From assembly GCA_018813625.1 (NCBI GenBank), contig JAHJBA010000055.1:1-58428 (forward strand): 58,428 bases of DNA. Reading direction: 5' to 3'. Origin of the DNA: Patescibacteria group bacterium (GTDB lineage Bacteria; Patescibacteriota; Minisyncoccia; Phycocordibacterales; UBA9973). Position 1 is the stretch's first letter. The number at the start of each line of letters is the position of its first letter. The notes under the pieces were generated by a model. That model was not told the origin of the DNA. It saw nothing but the letters and a program-made list of their open reading frames with translations, and searched no databases. The position numbers and the translations under genes were made by a program. Positions 17,635 to 26,126 of the stretch are shown here, piece after piece.

Positions 17635-18335
17635 TTAACGATCCAAAAATTATAATAATAGCGCTTATTGGTGGAATTATTCCAGCTTTATTCTGGCTCT
17701 GGTTTTGGCTTAAAGAAGCCCAGGAAAACCAAGAACCGAAAGGATTGCTAGCCGTATGTTTTATACTAGGTATGATTTCAGTAATCTTTGTTCTGCCTAT
17801 TCAAAAATTTATTCAAGCAAATATCGACTTGCATCAATTAAAAGTAATTAGCTGGGCAAGCGTGGAAGAAATAATAAAATACCTCGTTGTCCTAGCAATC
17901 ATCTATAAAACGAGGTATTCTCATAGACCGATAGATTGGCCAATTTTTATGATTACCGCCGCCTTAGGCTTTGCAGCGCTTGAAAATACGCTCTTTTTGA
18001 TAAAACCACTCTCTTTAAACCAGGCTACTGTAAGCCTCCTTACGGGGCAACTTAGATTTCTAGGATCCACCCTTTTACATGCTGTTTCAAGTGGGATTGT
18101 AGGAATTGCATTAGGACTTTCACTTAATATGGAGTTATTAGGTAGGAGAATCTTTCTTTTTTTTGGACTTATTCTCGCAATCGCCTTGCATAGTATCTTC
18201 AATTTTTTTATAATAGAGAATAACGGAAGCAATTTCTTGAGAGTGTTTGCTTTCTTGTGGGTCGTCACAATTATTATCATGCTACTCTTTGAGAAATTAA
18301 GGAGAATGAACAAAAAATTTAATATCGCTTATTAA
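17631..18335 (+). CDS. PrsW-family intramembrane protease
   Basis: 234-aa polytopic protein with SVEEIIKY (EExxK) and HSIFN (HxxxN) motifs typical of PrsW. ATGA overlap with valS. Confidence 0.6.
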   Translation: MINDPKIIIIALIGGIIPALFWLWFWLKEAQENQEPKGLLAVCFILGMISVIFVLPIQKFIQANIDLHQLKVISWASVEEIIKYLVVLAIIYKTRYSHRPIDWPIFMITAALGFAALENTLFLIKPLSLNQATVSLLTGQLRFLGSTLLHAVSSGIVGIALGLSLNMELLGRRIFLFFGLILAIALHSIFNFFIIENNGSNFLRVFAFLWVVTIIIMLLFEKLRRMNKKFNIAY

Positions 18336-18349
18336 TAAAAATAAAAATT

Positions 18350-18814
18350 ATGCAAAATAAAAAAAGAAGCTTTTTTGAAAAATTAACAGGAAGCATTCGT
18401 GCTGAAGAAGAAAATGATGAGTTAAAAAAAAATCCCGTAAAACAGGAAAAGGGAGAAAACAATTGGATGGAGGAGGAAAACGAAGAAGCCGAACTAGCAG
18501 TGGATGTGTATCAAACTCCAACTGAAATAGTAGTGCAGACAATGGTTGCCGGCGTAAAACCAGAGGATTTAGAACTCACAATCGGGCGAGATATGATTAC
18601 TGTCCGTGGAAAGCGCGAAGAGAGCAGAAAAATTGAAGAAGAAAACTATTTTAGTAAAGAATTGTATTGGGGAATGTTCTCACGTACCATACTCCTCCCG
18701 CAGGAGATCGAACCAGAAGAATCAGAAGCTACTGAAAAACACGGACTCCTAACAATAAAGCTTCAAAAGATAGATAAAGAAAAGAAAACTAGCGTAAAAA
18801 TAAAATCTCTTTAA
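18350..18814 (+). CDS. Small heat-shock protein (Hsp20/alpha-crystallin)
   Basis: 154 aa with an alpha-crystallin core (AVDVYQT..., ITVRGKREE, GLLTIKLQK). Confidence 0.8.
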   Translation: MQNKKRSFFEKLTGSIRAEEENDELKKNPVKQEKGENNWMEEENEEAELAVDVYQTPTEIVVQTMVAGVKPEDLELTIGRDMITVRGKREESRKIEEENYFSKELYWGMFSRTILLPQEIEPEESEATEKHGLLTIKLQKIDKEKKTSVKIKSL

Positions 18815-18819
18815 AAAAT

Positions 18820-18849
18820 AAATACCCCATAATGGGGTATTTATTTTTT
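18820..18849 (+). terminator. Intrinsic terminator after hsp20
   Basis: aaatacccc-ataat-ggggtattt hairpin followed by a T-run. Confidence 0.7.
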
Positions 18850-18853
18850 ATTT

Positions 18854-18929
18854 TGGTGCCGAGGCGCAGGATCGAACTGCGGACCTATCCCTCTTCAGGG
18901 GAGCGCTCTACCAACTGAGCTACCTCGGC
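18854..18929 (-). tRNA. tRNA-Phe (anticodon GAA), CCA encoded
   Basis: 76 nt: acceptor GCCGAGG/CCTCGGC, anticodon loop CTGAAGA, T arm CGCAG-TTCGATC-CTGCG, 3' ACCA encoded. Confidence 0.9.
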
Positions 18930-19184
18930 CTATTTTGGCAAAACACCTTTTATGCTATCAAAAGTGCTACCTGTTTCCTTAAAAAAATTTGTGATATTGT
19001 CTACATATGGTTGAAGAAAATAGAAGGCCCCAATGGCTATGCCTATAATGAATATCCAATAAAGAAAGCGCACAAAAGATGCCATCTTTTGTGAACGTCT
19101 AATATGTCTAAGCATTTTATTATTTTCTTCGACAGTATTTAATGTAGACTGAAGTAATTGTCTTAATTCTGGATCCGTATCCAT
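18930..19184 (-). CDS. Hypothetical protein with one TM
   Basis: 84-aa ORF with a TM around FLYWIFIIGIAIGAFYFL. Its stop codon directly abuts the 5' end of tRNA-Phe. Confidence 0.45.
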   Translation of the reverse strand: MDTDPELRQLLQSTLNTVEENNKMLRHIRRSQKMASFVRFLYWIFIIGIAIGAFYFLQPYVDNITNFFKETGSTFDSIKGVLPK

Positions 19185-19231
19185 AACGATATTTTAGCAT
19201 AAAAAATTTTTTTATGCTAGATTATTTGTAA

Positions 19232-19303
19232 GTCTTCGTAGTTAAATGGATATAACAACTCCGTCCTAAGGAGTAGTTGCAGGTTCGATTCCTGCCGAGG
19301 ACA
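19232..19303 (+). tRNA. tRNA-Arg (anticodon CCT)
   Basis: 72 nt: acceptor GTCTTCG/CGAGGAC, anticodon arm ACTCC-GTCCTAA-GGAGT, T arm GCAGG-TTCGATT-CCTGC. Confidence 0.85.
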
Positions 19304-19309
19304 CACTAA
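19287..19309 (+). repeat. Direct repeat copy 1 (3' end of tRNA-Arg plus 6 nt)
   Basis: gattcctgccgaggacacactaa. Matches copy 2 at 22/23 positions. Confidence 0.8.
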
Positions 19310-19408
19310 TGTGCCCGAGAGAAATAAACTGCTTTATTTCGTGCAGGAAGCGAAAGGCTTTTCTTTGCGAATTTATGAGCTAGAAAAGCACCTGCGATGG
19401 TAAATCGA

Positions 19409-19431
19409 GATTCCTGCCGAGGACGCACTAA
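19409..19431 (+). repeat. Direct repeat copy 2 (orphan tRNA-Arg 3' end)
   Basis: gattcctgccgaggacgcactaa, 99 nt downstream of copy 1. Overlaps the stop codon of the glutaredoxin-like gene. Confidence 0.8.
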
Positions 19432-19664
19432 ATCAAGCCGAGCATTTTCGCCAAATCTGTCTTATTAAAACCGATAGTAAACTCGTCACCTATCACTATT
19501 ACGGGCACACCCATCTGTCCACTTATATCCACCATTTCTTTTCTTTTTTCTATATCGGCCACCACGTCATATTCTGTGTAGGCTATATCGTTTGCCTTAA
19601 AAAAATCCTTTGCCAGGTGACAATAATGGCAAGTGGGCGTTGAATAAATTTTTACATCTTTCAT
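19428..19664 (-). CDS. Glutaredoxin/NrdH-like small redox protein
   Basis: 78 aa with a thioredoxin-fold start KIYSTPTCHYCHLAK (CxxC) and GVPVIVIGD. Confidence 0.75.
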   Translation of the reverse strand: MKDVKIYSTPTCHYCHLAKDFFKANDIAYTEYDVVADIEKRKEMVDISGQMGVPVIVIGDEFTIGFNKTDLAKMLGLI

Positions 19665-19745
19665 AAATTTTTAAATTAAAATTGCTAATACTTTATATTA
19701 ACACACTTGCTGAAAACACAAAACAGGGATATATTTTAGATACAT

Positions 19746-19816
19746 GCGGTCGTAGTTTAGTGGTAGAACTGGTGCTTCCCAAGCATCGAGCGCGAGTCCG
19801 ATTCTCGCCGGCCGCA
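19746..19816 (+). tRNA. tRNA-Gly (anticodon CCC)
   Basis: 71 nt: acceptor GCGGTCG/CGGCCGC, anticodon arm GGTGC-TTCCCAA-GCATC, T arm GCGAG-TCCGATT-CTCGC. The T-loop has C where the conserved U55 is expected. Confidence 0.8.
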
Positions 19817-19887
19817 CTTGATTAAGATCAAAAAATATTTTAATATTTAAAGAGATAAACTAAACTGTTCCACTAAAACATCATATT

Positions 19888-20415
19888 ATGGAGAAACTTA
19901 CTTTTAATGTAATCGTACTGAAAAACGAGAAATTCTTCCGATTACAGGGCGAACATATGATCTTACTAATCGATAAAATAATATCGGTATGGTTCGAGGG
20001 ATATTTCAATTCTACTAAGTGCAAGATCATTAGGAATGATCTTGTCTATGACTCTGGCTATGTTATGTATCATGGAACACATGCTGCATCTGAATATTTT
20101 TTTGGCTTTTCAAAAATAGAAATGAGGCTCTCCGGAAAAATGACAAACCTTCTTCAAGCAAAAAATTTGGAGTATGGAGATATTCTGGAAATCGAAAACT
20201 TAAAAAAAGAAAATTGCAGGTTCTATGAAAGCTCAGACTCATTTATTACCCAAGTCGCTTCTTTTCATGGTATTTCTCAAACGATCAATGATGCCTTTAA
20301 GGAAGGAGACGGTAGAATAAACAAAGAAGAACTGCTTACCGCAGCCCTAACTGGGTTTAAACTAGGAACGGAGGCGTTAAAAAAAAGCCCATTGCTTATT
20401 CGCCTAAAAGATTAA
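19888..20415 (+). CDS. Hypothetical protein
   Basis: 175-aa ORF downstream of tRNA-Gly, ending at a strong terminator. No motif recognised. Confidence 0.5.
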   Translation: MEKLTFNVIVLKNEKFFRLQGEHMILLIDKIISVWFEGYFNSTKCKIIRNDLVYDSGYVMYHGTHAASEYFFGFSKIEMRLSGKMTNLLQAKNLEYGDILEIENLKKENCRFYESSDSFITQVASFHGISQTINDAFKEGDGRINKEELLTAALTGFKLGTEALKKSPLLIRLKD

Positions 20416-20420
20416 GAAGG

Positions 20421-20450
20421 AAAAAAGCTCTTCAAAGAAGAGCTTTTTTA
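20421..20450. terminator. Bidirectional intrinsic terminator
   Basis: aagctcttc-aaa-gaagagctt perfect 9-bp hairpin flanked by A6 and T6, between convergent ORFs. Confidence 0.75.
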
Positions 20451-20768
20451 ATTTATTTTTAGGGTTGGAGCTGATTTTTGAAAATCAGTAGGTTTACCGT
20501 CATGAATGTTCTGCATGTTTTTTAAAAATGATTTCCAAAAATATTGGACAGTATCACTGTTTAAAACATTTGAAAACGGCTTTTTTAAATAATCATTCCA
20601 TAAACTCCTGCCAGTAGAACCTATATAACTAAAATTATCCTTCGCCTTTGGGCTTTCCACAATAGCCTTTATACTTACATTGAAGTAACTCAAGACTATA
20701 ATCAAAACAAGGCCTAGGAGCAAAGCACCTAAGATACTTATCCCCCCTTTTTTATAAATACTTTTCAT
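20448..20768 (-). CDS. Hypothetical membrane-anchored protein
   Basis: 106 aa with an N-terminal TM (GGISILGALLLGLVLIIVLSYF). Confidence 0.5.
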   Translation of the reverse strand: MKSIYKKGGISILGALLLGLVLIIVLSYFNVSIKAIVESPKAKDNFSYIGSTGRSLWNDYLKKPFSNVLNSDTVQYFWKSFLKNMQNIHDGKPTDFQKSAPTLKIN

Positions 20769-20773
20769 TCAAA

Positions 20774-20926
20774 TTAAAAAATATTATGAAGCATCGTTCC
20801 AAACCAATTAATAATTCCACTTATCGTAATGTGAAAATAATTCATCAAAAATATCACAATAATAATAAAAATTATTAATTTTAAAATACCGAAACCTCCA
20901 TTTTTGTTTTTTATATTGTTCGTCAT
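20774..20926 (-). CDS. Possible 50-aa single-TM micro-protein (absent from the ORF track)
   Basis: My own translation: MTNNIKNKNGGFGILKLIIFIIIVIFLMNYFHITISGIINWFGTMLHNIF. The stop lies 5 nt before the ATG of the next minus-strand ORF. No other support. Confidence 0.25.
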   Translation of the reverse strand: MTNNIKNKNGGFGILKLIIFIIIVIFLMNYFHITISGIINWFGTMLHNIF

Positions 20927-20989
20927 ATATTTATATTATCATACATTGTTTTACCCAACAATGTGAATTATTGTTCATATCTTTATTTT

Positions 20990-22267
20990 TTATTTATAGG
21001 GTGGTAAATAGTCTAATGGTTTAAGATAAGCATTTGTCGCTGCTATAGGCTGAGTTAATACGCGCCCTGGACATGATTTACTTGGCAGGGTCTTAACATC
21101 AACGGCATCCCTTGGATAAACTGAAATATGTAAATGAGGTCCTGTGGAAGAGCCAGTATTGCCACTATAACCAATAATTTGACCACGCTTAATGGTATCT
21201 CCTTTGCTAACTTTTATAAGAGATAAATGTGCATATGTGCCTGCTAAGCCGTTATTGTATTTAATAAGAACAAAACGACCATAAGAAACTCCTGGGCATT
21301 GCACGTCAGTGTCACCAGTACCAGCAACAACTCCATCAGCCATAGCTTTTACTGGAGTACCAACAGAAGCACGAAAATCTATTCCTTTATGAAAACTTGA
21401 AATTCCTTTCACGTTTCTTGGTCCGAAATGAGAAGTAATATAAACATAATCTAATGGCCAAGAAAGAACTCCTTTTCCAGGAAGCACAGAAGGGTCAAGA
21501 ATATATTTTAATTGGGCTTCATAGTCTTCAAGTTCCTTTTCAAAAACAGCAATTTTTGCTTGATTTTCTTTTAATAATTTTTGATAATTTGCTTCACTAT
21601 TTTTTGTCTGAGTTAGAAGCTTCTTTTTTTCTACCGTATTTTGATCTACTATTTTTTTCTGATCAGCTAATTTATTTTTTAAAGAAACTAATTCATTCCT
21701 AGCATTTGTTGTCTCCTGCCTTGTATCTTCTAAATCACTTTTTACTTGTTTCAAATCGACTATCTTCTCCCTAATTGTCTCGCGAACTGACGCCATATCC
21801 TCTATGTCATTCCATATTTCTGTAAAATTATTTTCAGACAATATGATTTGCATAAAATTGTTCAACTCTGACTCATTGGTTTGTCTAATCCCTAATTTTA
21901 TTGCTTCCTTGTCTGTGTCAATCAAATCTTCTTTGTTGTTTATATCCAGGCTTAGTTCCTGTATTTTTAAATTTGTCTTTTCAATTTTATTTTCAGTTAT
22001 GGAAATATCAGCAATTAACTTCTTTCTGGTCAGATCAAGCTGTTGAATGGAGCTATTTAGAGAACTCTTCTGTTTGCCCAGATCGTTAAGCTGTGTTTGG
22101 TACTTCTTTATTTCCTGTTCAAGTTTTACTATATCCTCGTTCTTCTGATTTATTTTTGCTTTTAATTCTTCGGCGGTTTGAGCACAAGAAAAAGCTATCG
22201 GCACTATGATTAAAAGTCCCAGAATAACAAGTCTAAATTGCTTTTTGTAGTCGTGATAAAGTTTCAT
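20990..22267 (-). CDS. M23 peptidase with N-terminal coiled coil (EnvC-like murein hydrolase/activator)
   Basis: 425 aa with a signal/TM, a long coiled coil, then M23 motifs HKGIDF and GPHLHISV. The 5' end overlaps gltX by 35 nt. Confidence 0.8.
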   Translation of the reverse strand: MKLYHDYKKQFRLVILGLLIIVPIAFSCAQTAEELKAKINQKNEDIVKLEQEIKKYQTQLNDLGKQKSSLNSSIQQLDLTRKKLIADISITENKIEKTNLKIQELSLDINNKEDLIDTDKEAIKLGIRQTNESELNNFMQIILSENNFTEIWNDIEDMASVRETIREKIVDLKQVKSDLEDTRQETTNARNELVSLKNKLADQKKIVDQNTVEKKKLLTQTKNSEANYQKLLKENQAKIAVFEKELEDYEAQLKYILDPSVLPGKGVLSWPLDYVYITSHFGPRNVKGISSFHKGIDFRASVGTPVKAMADGVVAGTGDTDVQCPGVSYGRFVLIKYNNGLAGTYAHLSLIKVSKGDTIKRGQIIGYSGNTGSSTGPHLHISVYPRDAVDVKTLPSKSCPGRVLTQPIAATNAYLKPLDYLPPYK

Positions 22268-23648
22268 TTTTACCTAAAATTTCAGCAATAATAAATGGGT
22301 CGGGGGATTTATCCAATCCCGACAAAGCAAAACGCACGGGATGTAATAATTCTCCCTTACTTTCTAACCCTTCTGCAATACCCATAAGCACTTTTTTAAC
22401 ATTTTCCGCGGTGAAAATAGAGCCGTCTAAATCCTTTAATTTTTTTATAGCCTGTTCCAGGTTCGATAAAATTTTTTCCGCTGGAGTATTTTTAAAAATT
22501 AATTTTTCCTTCGAATATTCTGGCTGCTTGAAAAAGAAATCCAACTCCCCTTTTTCAATCATGCCCTTTATATCTCCAAACCTAGTAATTCTTTCGAAGA
22601 TAATAGGAATAATTTTTGGATTTTGCATTTTTTCTGGTAACCATTTTAAAATTTCATCCTGAAGCTCGTCAGCTGAAAGCTTTTTCATATGTTCCTTGTT
22701 TATCCAGTTTAATTTATCATCATCCCATTGAGCTCCAGCTTTTTGGACCCTATTTACATCAAAACTTTTTATTAATTCATCAACGGTAAAGATCTCCTGG
22801 TCATCTTTAGGATGCCATCCTTGTAATGCTAAATAATTTAAAAGGGCTTCTGGTAAATATCCCTCAACTTTATATTCCAAAATATCTTTCGCGCCGTCTC
22901 TCTTGCTTAATTTATTTTTTCCATTTTTACCCATAATATGTGGCAAACATACAAAACTCGGCAAATCAGCCCCTAACGCTTCATAAATGGATAAAAATTT
23001 CGGGATAGAAGAAATATATTCTTGTCCTCGAATTACATGAGTAATTCCCATTTCTATATCGTCTACAATATGGCAAAAATTATAGGTTGGAAAACCATCG
23101 CTTTTTATTAAAATAAAATCATCTAAAGCTTCCGATCCTGCTGAAAGATCTCCATAAACCAGATCGTGCCAATGATAATTTTTTATTTCTGGTACTTTAA
23201 AACGAAGTGGTTTCGTTCCATCCCACTTTTCAAAATTTTCAGGCCTATGTTCTCTAAACAAGAACGGTCTTCCTTCCAACTCCGCCTTTTCGCGAAATCC
23301 ATCGACTTCCTCAGTGGTATATGGATCAGGATATGCTAATCCTTTGTCAATTAAAATTTCTGCGTATTTTTTATATAAATCCAATCTTTCTGATTGAACA
23401 TAAGGAGCATGTGAACCTCCAACATCAGGACCTTCGTCCCAATTTATTCCAACCCAGTTTAAAACTTTTAAAATGTGCTCCGTAGCTCCCTCCACCTCTC
23501 TTTCTTTGTCAGTATCTTCAATCCTTAATATAAAGATTCCTTTATATTTCCTAGCCAAAAGCCAGGCATAAAGAGCAGTCCGCAAATTGCCAACATGCAT
23601 AAACCCAGTCGGCGACGGCGCAAACCTTGTAACAACTTTCTGTTCCAT
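22233..23648 (-). CDS. gltX: Glutamyl-tRNA synthetase
   Basis: 471 aa with PSPTGFMHVGNLRTALY (HIGH) and KLSKRDG (KMSKS). Confidence 0.9.
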   Translation of the reverse strand: MEQKVVTRFAPSPTGFMHVGNLRTALYAWLLARKYKGIFILRIEDTDKEREVEGATEHILKVLNWVGINWDEGPDVGGSHAPYVQSERLDLYKKYAEILIDKGLAYPDPYTTEEVDGFREKAELEGRPFLFREHRPENFEKWDGTKPLRFKVPEIKNYHWHDLVYGDLSAGSEALDDFILIKSDGFPTYNFCHIVDDIEMGITHVIRGQEYISSIPKFLSIYEALGADLPSFVCLPHIMGKNGKNKLSKRDGAKDILEYKVEGYLPEALLNYLALQGWHPKDDQEIFTVDELIKSFDVNRVQKAGAQWDDDKLNWINKEHMKKLSADELQDEILKWLPEKMQNPKIIPIIFERITRFGDIKGMIEKGELDFFFKQPEYSKEKLIFKNTPAEKILSNLEQAIKKLKDLDGSIFTAENVKKVLMGIAEGLESKGELLHPVRFALSGLDKSPDPFIIAEILGKNETLSRLQKAI

Positions 23649-23691
23649 TATTTTATTTTAACATTTATTCTTCTCTCAGACAAAACACTTT

Positions 23692-24939
23692 TTATCCCCT
23701 ATTTTTTATATTTACAAGGGCAATCACTCTGTTCATCTCATTACTGACGATCATATATCCCTCATCAACACCCATACCTGGTTTTGCCATACACTGGTCT
23801 GCTCCGCAAGCCATAGCGATATTAGTACTTATTCTTGCGGATATGTCCGTTTCATTGCATGTACCTCCACAATACGCCCCTATTCCTTTTTCCTTACAAT
23901 AAAGAATAGCTTTTACAGTATTATTTACCCCTCCCAAATCTGGGGTCTTTATTTGAAGCATATGCCCTGCTTTATTGTCAGCAAAAAAAACAACATCCTC
24001 ATAGGTATTGCACCACTCATCTGCCACAAGTTCTACTTTTATATTTCTTTTTTTTAACTCCGCAGTCAAATCTCTCAAGGTTTCCATTTGTTTTTCTCTA
24101 TTTCCCATATCTACGGGTCCTTCTATTCTTAAAAGAAATGGTTTTGCTGTTTCTTCCAATTTCTTTAAATAATCAGATATAGCATCTATGTCATTATTAA
24201 AAATTTCCCCTATTGTTCCATAAACATCTACAAGAAATATCGGATTGTAATTTTCAGAATGTCGCAACTTTAACACCCTTTCTTTCAACCAATTAATATA
24301 CTCCAAAAGTTTTTCTCCTTTTTCTCCCAATTTTTCTTTTATATTGTTTATTAATGCATGCGGCATAACTTCCACACCTTTTATTATCATTTTGTCTGAA
24401 TTATCATATCTGTCATCTCCCGACTGGGTAAAAATAGGAATTCTTTTTATTTCTACTCCAATATTATATTCTTCACTAATTACCTCTGCCATAGTCACTT
24501 TTTTAATCTTAGCTATTGCGTCAAGTAATGCCTGAGTAATCCCATATCTTATGGCAGGATGTAATCTTTTACCATCTATCTCCATTTCATCAAGTTCTTC
24601 AGCTAAGACTTTAAAACTTCCTAATTCTTTTCCAATTAATCTTGGAGTTATCTCTTTCTCAAGAACAGGAATAAGATCCTCCGTAAAAAATAACGGGGCC
24701 CTCCCCCCTGTTCCAGAATATTGAACCGCAACACAATCTCCAAAGGCAATTTGACCATCCTCTAAAATAAACATTATAGATATTGACTCTCCTGGCTGTC
24801 TTATATCTTTAAAACCTTCTGTTACAGGTTTTCCGGTATATACAAAACCATCATGAATAGCGCCATTTTTTACAGCTTTCAAATCATCAAAATAAAATCC
24901 AGTCTTTCCAGATGAATAAACTACATCTATAATCTTCAT
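23692..24939 (-). CDS. 3-methylaspartate ammonia-lyase homolog (enolase superfamily)
   Basis: 415 aa, colinear with my recollection of Clostridium MAL: MKI.DV...G.TGFYFDD, FTQSGDDRYDN, PHALINN, VDVYGT, LRIEGP, VADEWCNT, QIKTPDLGG, KPGMGVDEG. Confidence 0.75.
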   Translation of the reverse strand: MKIIDVVYSSGKTGFYFDDLKAVKNGAIHDGFVYTGKPVTEGFKDIRQPGESISIMFILEDGQIAFGDCVAVQYSGTGGRAPLFFTEDLIPVLEKEITPRLIGKELGSFKVLAEELDEMEIDGKRLHPAIRYGITQALLDAIAKIKKVTMAEVISEEYNIGVEIKRIPIFTQSGDDRYDNSDKMIIKGVEVMPHALINNIKEKLGEKGEKLLEYINWLKERVLKLRHSENYNPIFLVDVYGTIGEIFNNDIDAISDYLKKLEETAKPFLLRIEGPVDMGNREKQMETLRDLTAELKKRNIKVELVADEWCNTYEDVVFFADNKAGHMLQIKTPDLGGVNNTVKAILYCKEKGIGAYCGGTCNETDISARISTNIAMACGADQCMAKPGMGVDEGYMIVSNEMNRVIALVNIKNRG

Positions 24940-24981
24940 AATATTAGCTTTCTTTTAATAATTAACTAGGTAAATGTTATA

Positions 24982-26112
24982 TCATTTTTCGTGAGATAAA
25001 GCGATATTGACTAATTCACGAGCAATTTTCATTGCGGCATCCGGCTTATAAAAGGCACGAGCACTTTGAGCCATGCGTTCATAAACTTCCCTATCTCCCG
25101 TTATCCTCTCTATCTCCGAACTCAAAATATTGGCAGTCATATTCATTTCCTCAATAACACTGCATGCCCCCGCACGGGCATAATTAAATGCATTCTTTTT
25201 TTGATGATCTTCATTCGTTTTTGTTATAGGAATCAAAATGGATGGAACTCCCCAAGATGCTATTTCAAATAATCCTGAGCCTGCTCTCGAAACCACAATA
25301 GTTGCTGCGCCAGCAGCCATTTTTATTTGAAGGTTATTTAAGAATGGCATTGAAATATATCTTGATCTATTTTTATTTTCCCGAAGTATTACATCAGCCC
25401 TTCCAGAAACAATATTAAAATTCTTAACGCCTGTTTGGTGAATAATTTGATAATTTTCTAGAAGCCTGGGCAAAGCATCAAGAATTGTATTGTTTATAAG
25501 CTCAGCCCCCTGAGAACCACCTAAGACAAGAATCACGGGGATATTTGATTCAAATTTAAAATAATTTAAAGATTCTTCTCTGCTGGAAGATTTTTCAATC
25601 TCAGACCTGACAGGTTGTCCAGTCCAGGCAATTTTTTTAGAAGGAAAATATTCAGCTGCTTCGGCAAAAGAAACAGCCACCTTTTTGGCAAAACGACCTG
25701 CCCACCTATTAACTCGCCCCGGTGCAGAATCTGACTCGTGTATCAGAATAGGAATTCCTAATATTCGAGCAGCCAAAATAGTAGGAAAACTTGCATATCC
25801 TCCTTTTCCAAAAACAACATCTGGATAAATAGAAAATAATTTTAAAATTGCTCCAAGGATACCAAAAAAAGTTTTAAATGCATCAAAAAAATTCTTAACA
25901 GAAAAATAGGTGCGCATTTTACCGGCATTCACCTCCTCGTAAAGAAGACCATTCTCGAAAAGCATTTTTTTATCATAGGGACTATCTGAAATATAATAGA
26001 GCTTAGCCCCTATTATTTTTTCATCGTCTATTATTTTGTTAACCTTCTGGGCAACAGCGACAATTGGATAAAAATGTCCACCTGTCCCCCCTCCTGTAAA
26101 AACTATTTTCAT
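24982..26112 (-). CDS. murG: Lipid II glycosyltransferase MurG
   Basis: 376 aa with N-terminal GGTGGHFYP and a GT28 layout. Follows ftsW. Confidence 0.85.
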   Translation of the reverse strand: MKIVFTGGGTGGHFYPIVAVAQKVNKIIDDEKIIGAKLYYISDSPYDKKMLFENGLLYEEVNAGKMRTYFSVKNFFDAFKTFFGILGAILKLFSIYPDVVFGKGGYASFPTILAARILGIPILIHESDSAPGRVNRWAGRFAKKVAVSFAEAAEYFPSKKIAWTGQPVRSEIEKSSSREESLNYFKFESNIPVILVLGGSQGAELINNTILDALPRLLENYQIIHQTGVKNFNIVSGRADVILRENKNRSRYISMPFLNNLQIKMAAGAATIVVSRAGSGLFEIASWGVPSILIPITKTNEDHQKKNAFNYARAGACSVIEEMNMTANILSSEIERITGDREVYERMAQSARAFYKPDAAMKIARELVNIALSHEK

Positions 26113-26126
26113 GAATTTAAAATTTG

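Noticed and set aside
19309-19383. 24-codon Cys-containing ORF (MCPREINCFISCRKRKAFLCEFMS) in the spacer between the tRNA-Arg 3'-end repeats
   Set aside because: It starts 6 nt after the tRNA with no promoter or RBS context. It is very short and is more simply explained as chance within a structured spacer.
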